NCBI GenBank assembly: GCA_054661495.1
Contig: BAAFSQ010000415.1
Location: 1 to 7,191 of the forward strand
From: Zygophlyctis sp. KS116
Taxonomy: Eukaryota > Fungi > Chytridiomycota
Direction: 5' to 3'
DNA: 7,191 bases
A model generated the notes under the pieces. The model did no database searches. It worked only from the letters and a program-made list of their open reading frames with translations, and had not been told where the DNA came from. A program made the position numbers and the translations under genes. Shown piece by piece: positions 1 through 7,191 of the stretch (position 1 is the stretch's first letter; every line of letters starts with the position of its first letter).

Positions 1-422
1 TGGATGACTTTGAAAATATGTATAAGCAGGCTCAAGAGGAAATTTCTCATCTTAACCAAGTTAACGAGCAGCTTGTTTCTGAAAAGGACGCCTCTGGATG
101 GGATAGCCCTGAAGGCCTTCCTGATCCTTTTGGTAATATTGGAGGTCAGAATGATTTCTATGCCCAGCAGATTAATGATTTAAGTCAAGAGAATCAAGAC
201 CTGAAGGCTAAAATTGAAGCATTGAAGAATGTAGAGTCTGTGAATGAGGAACTCACTGATGAAATTGATGCATTGAAGAATATAGAGTCTGTTAATAAGG
301 AACTAACGGCTGAAATAGAATCAATGCGTGAATATCAGTCACGAATGGATGACTTTGAAAATATGTATAAGCAGGCTCAAGAGGAAATTTCTCATCTTAA
401 CCAAGTTAACGAGCAGCTTGTT
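1..422 (+). repeat. Direct repeat: 1-77 identical to 346-422 (period 345 nt = 115 codons), truncated by window start
   Basis: tggatgactttgaaaatatgtataagcaggctc...gagcagcttgtt occurs twice; peptide DDFENMYKQAQEEISHLNQVNEQLV x2. Confidence 0.95.
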
Positions 423-3400
423 CGTGAGAAAGAGGAAATGGATTCTTTGAGAGAATCTTTCATGCAGAGCGAAAGTTTAATCAGGGATTTAAAGCTTCGG
501 TTGGCTTCACAGGAATCGGGTATTTCTCAACTACAAGATGTTTTTTTGTCCAAGGAGCAGTTAATTCTAGAGAAGCAGAATATTATATCAAATTTGGAAA
601 CAGAGCTGCTAGATCTGCACAATGAGAAGAATGATCTCATCGATGAATTAAAAACTTACAAAGAAGAATTGGAATATACTAGATTCAGTTTAAAAGAAGA
701 GACAGAGATGTTTCAAGCTGGTCTGAAGCATCTTAATATCGAGAATACGGATTTGCTATCTCAAATAGGTTATTTGAAGCTTTCAATTGAAGAAAAGGAC
801 TCAATGAATGATGAGGCTTATTCTAAACTAAATAATGAAATCTCACGTTTAATATCAGAGCGAGACGCCCTTCAAATGGAGCTTGATGGTTTGAATTTGC
901 AGTTAGAAGAACTTGGTTCCTTTTCAAAATTGGAATCTCTCAGAATCCATGAAACCATCGAAATTCTGTCAGCAGAGAATAAGAATCTAAAACAAGAATT
1001 GCAAGACGCTTTGAATTCTATCAACGAAAACAAGCTGTTTTTCGATAGTTCACAGTTATTAATCAATGAAAACGTCTTGTTGAAGAAAGATTATGACCTT
1101 ATGATGGAGCAGCTTTATGCGAAAGAAGTATCAGAGCAGGATCTTCTATCAAAATTGCAAACTTTATCTGGAAAGCTACAAGAATTGGCAGTGGCTCGTG
1201 ATCATATTGAAGAAAGATTTGAGCGGACGAAGATGGAATTGGAAATAGAAAAAAAACGTACAGCTACTTTAGAACAGGAACGGGATAAGATGATGAATTC
1301 GAACGAAGAAGCTAAGCCAAATTGGGAAAATCAAGTCATAGTCCTCAACAATCAAGTTAATAATTTAGGAGGTATTATGCAGGATAAGAAAGAAACGCAA
1401 TATGATGAGACTTTTGTGTGTAAATCCATCGAAAATTCGAAGCCAGAGGGTAGCTCTAATGAATTGACACAGAAAATTAATGATCTCCAATTTGAAAATC
1501 AGTCTTTAAAGTCTAGCAATGAAAATGCGAACTACGAAATTGAAAAACTAGGTATTGAACTAGAACAGCGCACAGCAAAAGCTGAGAAGCTTACGTCAGA
1601 ATTAAGGACACAATTAGAAGATTCACTGGCTTGGACGACACTATTAGTAAACGAGAGAGATCGCTTGGCTGCTCAGTTAAGGGATACTCCGGAAAATACC
1701 GCGTTTATATTATTGGTAAGATATTAATATTAATGTATTCATAGAATAACCAGCAAAATGTTCATAGCGAGAATGTTCCTCTGAAAATTTATAATCACCA
1801 AAAAGAGACAGAAAACAAAAAAATACAGGACTCAGAGTTAAAAAAATGCTATGCTGAAATTGACGACTTGGAAAGAAATTTAGTTGGCCTTCGAAAAGAG
1901 GTATACAATATAATTTAAAATTAGTTCCACGATCTCAACGGTCAATTTATATCAGCTTCAGAGGACTTGGAAACAGAAAAAAAGAAAGTTCAGGATGCTT
2001 TAATTCAAATCGACACTCTTAATGACACTGCTGAAGCGACTAATATACATAAGGATGCGATAGCCGAAAAGTTGAAAGCGATTGCATTAGAGCGTGATAT
2101 TTTAGAAGAGGAGCGCCAAAATTGGGAAATTGACCAAGCTAATCATTCCAAACTGGAAGAAGAATTCATAGAATTAAAGTCTCGGAAATCTGCTGAAATA
2201 GATTTGCTAAAGCTGCAATTGGAGGAGATGACTGTCGCCAATTCCGATATTTCCACAGAGAATTCTAGGCTATGGAAAGAAGTCCAAAAGCTGATGACAG
2301 AGCTTGAATGTGTCAAAGAAGCGAGTGAAAAAGACGCGAGAATAGATCCCGATCCCTCAGATGGTGATTTGATTGTGTCCCAAAGTAAAGAACACGATCG
2401 TATAACAGTTCAAGAAGAGCATCACCAGCCTTTTGTTGATAGCTACAAGCAAAAAATATTAGACCAAGACTCAGAGTTAAAAAAATGCTATGCTGAAATT
2501 GACGACTTGGAAAGAAATTTAGTTGGCCTTCGAAAAGAGGTATACAATATAATTTAAAATTAGTTCCACGATCTCAACGGTCAATTTATATCAGCTTCAG
2601 AGGACTTGGAAACAGAAAAAAAGAAAGTTCAGGATGCTTTAATTCAAATCGACACTCTTAATGACACTGCTGAAGCGACTAATATACATAAGGATGCGAT
2701 AGCCGAAAAGTTGAAAGCGATTGCATTAGAGCGTGATATTTTAGAAGAGGAGCGCCAAAATTGGGAAATTGACCAAGCTAATCATTCCAAACTGGAAGAA
2801 GAATTCATAGAATTAAAGTCTCGGAAATCTGCTGAAATAGATTTGCTAAAGCTGCAATTGGAGGAGATGACTGTCGCCAATTCCGATATTTCCACAGAGA
2901 ATTCTAGGCTATGGAAAGAAGTCCAAAAGCTGATGACAGAGCTTGAATGTGTTAACGAAGAATTAAAAAGAACTAAATCTGGAAATGTGAATCTTATTGA
3001 AGAATTGGAAGGACTCAGAAAAATTAGTGCTTCTGAAAGAATGAATCACGCTGAACAGTTGAATGCATTATTAAGAGGGCACGAATCTAAAGTTCACGTG
3101 CTTCAACTTGAAATTTCGGATATGGCTCTGATATTGCAGAATAACCGTGAAATAATTGAAAAACTAAAGAAAGAAATATCGAAAGAACTCTTAGAAAAGA
3201 CAGAAATTCAAGATCTTCATCAAGTAACAGTTGGGAAATTCGATAAATTTAAAAGTGACACAGAATCCTTAGAGAGAACGAGAAATTCACGAATTTATGA
3301 TTTGGAGTCAAACACGACGGAGTTAGAGAAGGAAATCGCAGAAATGATTTTATATATTCAGGAACTAGAGAAAAGTCTGGAACTCGAGCATTCCAAAGTA

Positions 3401-6400
3401 TCTGATGTTTTACCTCTGCTAGAAACTCTCGAAAATTTGAAAGATGATAATTTAGACCTGAAAAGCCAACTTAAAAGGCTTAAAGAAGAGTTAGATGTTT
3501 CCACAGAGGAATTGAGTAGGTCTTCGGAAAAGAATACACGGCTAGAGGAAAAGGTTCAACAGCTCAGCAAATCGTTATTATTATCTATCGAGAAATTAGA
3601 AAATGCTGATGTTGAATTATCCGTACTTTTAGAAGATAATGAAGCATATAAGGAGAAGTTAAATTTGGAGAATATTCAATCTTCTAATCTTCGATTACGG
3701 GTTAGAGATTTAGAGTATGAAGTGAATGCTCATAAAGAACACTTCCAACCCCTTGGGGCTCCAAGCAAAAGTGATTCTCATATGAGATATAATAATAATA
3801 TACTCGAAAATATGGGATCGCATGATCCTGATAAGGTTCTGATTTTAAATGGTGCAACATCTCAGACAAATACTATGATGGGTGGAAGTCAGGCTGATCA
3901 ACGGCTAGCATACTACTTGAAACTATCGGAGACCAGTACTCAAAGTATGGAGCTATATAGAAATGAACTTCTAAAGAAACAGGAAGAGCTTAAGAATTCT
4001 GATTTAGAAATCTTACGCTTGCAGCGAATTATGGAGTCGGAAAATATTTCAGTGACGACGTAAGCTTCTTTTTTATTCAATGTCTAGAAGTGCAGAAAAG
4101 GGAATCGAGAAGTTATTGAATCAATTAGCATACCTTCATGAATCGACCGAATCCAATAACGAGCTCTCCAAGCTGATTTTCAAAGAGGTATCTGTTGGAA
4201 AACATTTAAAGCCCAATCAAGCTCTCACAGAAGAGGGGCGGTGCTCTAGATTGGGGGATTTGATTACAATGCAGAGTCAAATCCTTAAAAATCATAAAAA
4301 AATTCTTTCTGAAGTAGAAAATACTTCTAAAGAACTCAAGTACGAGAATTTGAATGCAGTTGAAAAGCAAAACCATAATTTCAACGTTGACACCAAAATA
4401 TTGATAGAACAATTCGTTGATAGTCTAGGCGAATATCAAAACATGGTTTCAATTTTGATCCACCAGAATGATAATATACAAAGATGTATGGGTAGTAAGT
4501 TCAAATTTTTAAAAGTAGAAAACATAAATCAGTCGTCTATAAGAGAAGATTTGGGTTTTGTAGCTAGCAAAACTTCTGCTATAAGCTCACAGCATCTAAT
4601 AATCGAGAAGGAGATTAAATTTGTCAGAAAATTACTACAGCAACAAGATTTTGGCTACTTAGTTCCGCCTAAAGAATCTTGTCAAGAAGGAACTAAATAT
4701 TCTGAGGCTCAGCAAAGTAATCTATTTTATGTTTCTGAATTAGAAAATTCTAGATCTCTAGTTCAACTTTTGAGTCAAGAAATCGACACCTTACAAAATT
4801 CAATGGCAGCCATACTTGATGAAGGACACCCCAAATCATCTTTCGAAAATACCAACGCAATAGAGAAACAAGCAGTCAATTTACTACAGCGTCAGGTCAA
4901 GGAATTGAGAACAGTGTGGTCGAGAGAAGTGTCAGCAAATACGCTGTTACGAAGCTTGATATCAAAAACTCAAGAGGAAAGGTTGAAAAATGAAGAGAGT
5001 TTACGGATTCGCTGTAGGTCAATGCAAGAAGAATTTGATGAACTAGCCGAATTGTTTGATGAATCCAGAAAAGAAATTGAATTGTTAAAATCAGAAATGA
5101 ATCGCCAGAACAAGTTAGTGCAGTTTCCAGATGTAGATTTTAATCCAAGCGGTATTCTTGATCTATACAATTCTGAGCCACTATCTGTATTGAACAATAG
5201 CAGCTTACAAAAAAATAAAGATCTAATTGTAAAGCAAGTTGGTAGCAATCAAAATAATGATCAGGAGACAGTCGATCAAATTGCGAATCTAGGCGGGATT
5301 GGGGGTTCAAGTGAATTATACTTTCCAAATAATACCGATGCACAGAATTTAATTCATGAAAGAGAAATAGAATGGTCGAATGAGAGAGAGAAAATATTGA
5401 ATCAGCTTCTTAATGCTGGTGAAGAAATAACACGATTGTCACAGATCATTTCCGAGAAACAAGAAGAAATACTGAATCTTAAGAATATTGTTGCAGAATC
5501 TAATGATCATGAAGGCCAGCACCAAAAGGTCTTAGATGACCTCAAATCTTCAATTCATAATTGGACAGCCAAAGATAAAGAATGGTGCAAGGAGCGAGAG
5601 GAATTGCTTCTAAGAATAGAGCAAAAAACAGAAGAGTTATCGGTATTCATTTTTTATAATTCTGTAGGCATTAAGCATTAAGTTAGTTGATACCGAGAAA
5701 CAGCTAGAGATCGCCCACAGCCGCAAAATGGAAGTTGATTTTGGAGACCAGGACGTAAGTCTTGAGGATCAGTTTTTGCAATCCCAAGAAGATTTAGCGA
5801 TTGCCAGGAATCAAACTCTTTTAGAACGGAATCGTGCCAAAAAACTTGCTCGGAAGTTGGAAGATTTAAGAGCGCGGATCATCGAGCTCAAAGAAGATAA
5901 AAATAAGCTTGAAGCATATGTTCAAAATGAAAGAAATTTATATGGGGATCTGCAAGAATGTTTGGAGCAGTATCGTCGACTTAAGACTATCCATGATAGT
6001 GTAATCATGTTCATAAAAATCATGTTGGAGAAAACGACGGGAGAATTAGATATCGAAGAAATCGATAATGATACTAATGAGATGCGATTGGATTTGAAAA
6101 GGTAGAAATAAAGAATTATAACAAACTAGATTAAAAAACAATTTTGGGAATTTGATACAAGAGCTCACATACGGTAGAACACTAGTGCTTCGATTGTCGA
6201 TGTGGAGGGCCGATCTCAGTTATCAAAAATCGTTTATTTGCTTACAAATGGATGATGAAAAGTAATTTTTTCAAATTAAATTAATAGCCGCAAAACGATA
6301 CTTGCAGCTTCAAACGAAGTACCTAGCTCGTTTATGGAATTGACTCCGATTTATAAGTTTCGAGTAACAGTTTTTTCTGTTATTGCCATACAGCGGATGA

Positions 6401-6524
6401 GGTAATCTCATTTTTTCTAATTTTTAGATTCATGGCTTCTTCCTGGCAAGATGTTGTAAAGGAATGCACCATCGAGGTTTTCGACGGTTCGTCGTGGAAT
6501 ATCGATAATGAGGGATACATGTGA
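1..6524 (+). CDS. pcp1: Pericentrin/Pcp1/Spc110-like giant coiled-coil protein with C-terminal PACT domain; 5'-partial, spliced: join(<1..1715,1745..1900,1925..2539,2564..4059,4088..5642,5668..6101,6130..6261,6288..6401,6428..6524), about 2,100 aa in window
   Basis: The frame is open from nt 3 (DDFENMYK...). Each frame break or stop falls in a short AT-rich GTA...TAG segment whose removal restores the downstream frame (checked by hand at all 8 junctions). E/K/L/Q-rich heptad-like sequence runs throughout. The spliced C-terminus LIQELTYGRTLVLRLSMWRADLSYQKSFICLQMDD...TPIYKFRVTVFSVIAIQRMRFMASSW matches the PACT pattern as I recall it (R-x-D/A-L-x-Y-Q-K-x-Y/F, then F-R-x6-I-A-I-x-R-M-x-F...W). 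The symbol denotes family-level homology, not demonstrated orthology. Confidence 0.85.
211..326 (+). repeat. Imperfect 51-nt (17-aa) tandem repeat, about 2.3 copies
   Basis: KIEALKNVESVNEELTD / EIDALKNIESVNKELTA / EIESM; units start at 211, 262 and 313. Confidence 0.92.
1716..1744 (+). other. Spliceosomal micro-intron 1 (29 nt, phase 0)
   Basis: gtaagatattaatattaatgtattcatag; contains the stop ending ORF 18..1727; removal joins to the open frame 1745-1900 (NNQQNVHS...DSELKKCYAEIDDLERNLVGLRKE). Confidence 0.85.
1901..1924 (+). other. Spliceosomal micro-intron 2 (24 nt, phase 0)
   Basis: gtatacaatataatttaaaattag; 3n length with in-frame TAA and TAG; flanks read LRKE|FHDLNGQF in one frame. Confidence 0.82.
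2540..2563 (+). other. Spliceosomal micro-intron 3 (24 nt, phase 0; identical copy of intron 2)
   Basis: Same sequence and context as 1901-1924, 639 nt downstream, inside the duplicated block. Confidence 0.82.
4060..4087 (+). other. Spliceosomal micro-intron 4 (28 nt, phase 2)
   Basis: Begins gtaagc, T-rich, ends tgtctag; removal joins ORF 2606..4063 to ORF 4080..5681 in frame (SVTT|SAEKG). Confidence 0.87.
5643..5667 (+). other. Spliceosomal micro-intron 5 (25 nt, phase 0)
   Basis: Begins gtattc, T-rich, ends taattctgtag; removal gives EELS|ALSIKLVDTEKQLEIAHSRKMEVD, joining the frame of ORF 5728..6105. Confidence 0.85.
6102..6129 (+). other. Spliceosomal micro-intron 6 (28 nt, phase 2)
   Basis: gtagaaataaagaattataacaaactag; removal gives DLKR|LKNNFGNLIQEL leading into PACT. 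Confidence 0.82.
6262..6287 (+). other. Spliceosomal micro-intron 7 (26 nt, phase 2)
   Basis: Begins gtaatt, ends taaattaatag; connects the two PACT halves in frame (MDDEN|RKTIL). Confidence 0.85.
6402..6427 (+). other. Spliceosomal micro-intron 8 (26 nt, phase 2)
   Basis: Begins gtaatc, ends ctaatttttag; removal completes IAIQRMR|FMASSW of the calmodulin-binding helix; CTAAT branch-like motif. Confidence 0.88.
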
Positions 6525-6805
6525 TAACTAATGAGGCATACATGGTATCATGATTGTCTATGTGTATTTATTGAATAATATATCATCTTGAATTTTTAAG
6601 AGCCGGATTGAACCCCGAGTTCTTTGTTATTAGCCTTAATATTATTATCTTTTCAGTAATCTTACAAATATGAGCTCTTCAAATTTGTGATAATTAGCTG
6701 CATGACGAGAAAAGTCTCTTTAACTTTACGGATTGTTTGCAGCAAGCTATTAAGTTAAATGTAAATAAAAATCCAAAAAATCTAAAAGATGTAGAGCCGC
6801 ACAGG

Positions 6806-6842
6806 CCTTGGGAAGATACTATATAAATATATCTTTCCAAGG
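6806..6842. other. Inverted repeat / stem-loop (13-bp stem with one mismatch, 11-nt AT loop)
   Basis: ccttgggaagata (6806-6818) pairs with tatctttccaagg (6830-6842); tctaaaa (6781-6787) and ttttaga (6845-6851) could form an outer stem. Function unknown. Confidence 0.7.
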
Positions 6843-6984
6843 AATTTTAGAAGAAATATATACTTTATAAGAAAAATTTAAAAAGATAGATTATTTTATT
6901 CTTTTAAAAGATATATCTTCAGATATATGTATATTTAATATCTTATGTTAAGGGACAGATCAATTCAGATGAACGTGTTTAACC

Positions 6985-7191
6985 CTAGTTTGCATTCAGA
7001 ATATTATTTCTGCATTGCATTGATTCCATGCAGAAGAATCGTCTGATACCTTGTATTGAACAATTCCAAGGCAGTTGTAGTAAAATTCTTGATGCTTTCA
7101 ATTGAGCTGATTCGAGGATATCCAGTTCAGCTTTTTCTAAGATTTTAACTTGCATTCCATATTCCGCAGTCGGTCTGATAAATTGTTTGTA
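6985..7191 (-). mobile_element. Fragment of non-LTR (LINE-like) retrotransposon ORF, reverse transcriptase thumb region; cut by window end
   Basis: Minus-strand frame 7191->6985 reads YKQFIRPTAEYGMQVKILEKAELDILESAQLKASRILLQLPWNCSIQGIRRFFCMESMQCRNNILNAN*. YKxFIRPxxEYG followed by LExxQxxxxRxIL and M-x-x-R is the typical post-catalytic motif series of non-LTR RTs. No introns; not in the ORF track. Confidence 0.8.

Larger units (their letters stand above)
1829..2952 (+). repeat. Direct duplication: 485-nt copies at 1829-2313 and 2468-2952 (period 639 nt) with a 154-nt unique in-frame spacer
   Basis: No mismatch seen on by-eye comparison from gactcagagtta... to ...gcttgaatgtgt; explains the identical N-termini of ORFs 1967..2557 and 2606..4063. 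Confidence 0.97.
6130..6446 (+). other. PACT domain coding region including the calmodulin-binding helix, split over exons 7-9
   Basis: Motifs WRADLSYQKSFICLQM (exon 7) and KFRVTVFSVIAIQRMR|FMASSW (exons 8/9) become contiguous in frame only after removing introns 6262-6287 and 6402-6427. Recognised by eye; no HMM run. Confidence 0.85.

Noticed and set aside
1901-2563. Stop-codon reassignment or readthrough (TAA/TAG = Gln) explaining the in-frame stops
   Set aside because: Stops occur only inside intron-like segments and never in kilobase-long Gln-rich exons; six other junctions need frame changes that readthrough cannot supply.
1-2952. CRISPR-like repeat-spacer array
   Set aside because: Repeats are long, in frame, protein-coding and present in only two copies each.
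872-5343. Minus-strand ORFs 872..1066, 4206..4412, 4970..5248 and 5140..5343
   Set aside because: Short antisense shadows of E/K-rich codons (S/F/L-rich) with no recognisable motif.
6001-6030. Possible ninth 30-nt intron gtaatc...ttggag (encodes VIMFIKIMLE if retained)
   Set aside because: Good donor and AT-rich, but ends GAG rather than TAG, is 3n and stopless, so it is not needed for the frame; unresolved without cDNA.
18-6105. Five separate genes or a prokaryotic operon of coiled-coil proteins (SMC-like, tape-measure, defence system)
   Set aside because: The gaps are GTA...TAG introns that restore one frame; the ORF starts at 1967 and 2606 are internal TTG codons; no Walker motifs; the C-terminus is PACT.
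6585-6749. Possible last exons of a convergent minus-strand gene (LLQTIRKVKETFLVMQ..., with gtaag...aag 31-nt intron at 6635-6665)
   Set aside because: Short, no recognisable homology, acceptor is AAG rather than TAG, and no upstream donor at micro-intron distance.
6781-6851. Hammerhead or HDV-like ribozyme, or rho-independent terminator
   Set aside because: No CUGANGA/GAAA core or nested pseudoknot visible on either strand; context is eukaryotic.
6980-6987. Telomere-like taacccta (TAGGGTTA on minus strand) at the RT stop codon
   Set aside because: Only about 1.3 units; expected by chance and insufficient to claim telomere healing or telomere targeting.

Overview
Eukaryotic, AT-rich genomic DNA read with the standard code. 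The five large + strand ORFs in the supplied track are exons of one gene, not separate genes. Removing eight GTA...TAG micro-introns of 24-29 nt (1716-1744, 1901-1924, 2540-2563, 4060-4087, 5643-5667, 6102-6129, 6262-6287, 6402-6427) gives one uninterrupted frame from the window start to TGA at 6522-6524, about 2,100 aa and 5'-truncated. The product is a giant acidic coiled-coil protein ending in a PACT (pericentrin/AKAP450 centrosomal targeting) domain with its calmodulin-binding helix, i.e. a pericentrin/Pcp1/Spc110-type centrosome or spindle-pole-body scaffold. The PACT domain lies in three small exons missed by the ORF track. The gene carries an exact 485-nt internal duplication that includes one micro-intron, plus other nested repeats. 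The right end holds a minus-strand fragment of a non-LTR (LINE-like) reverse transcriptase next to an AT-rich, hairpin-rich segment. The source is probably an early-diverging fungus or related opisthokont with miniature introns (inference). I see no convincing wholly new biological system; the notable points are the micro-intron architecture, intron gain by duplication and the repeat-expanded pericentrin.
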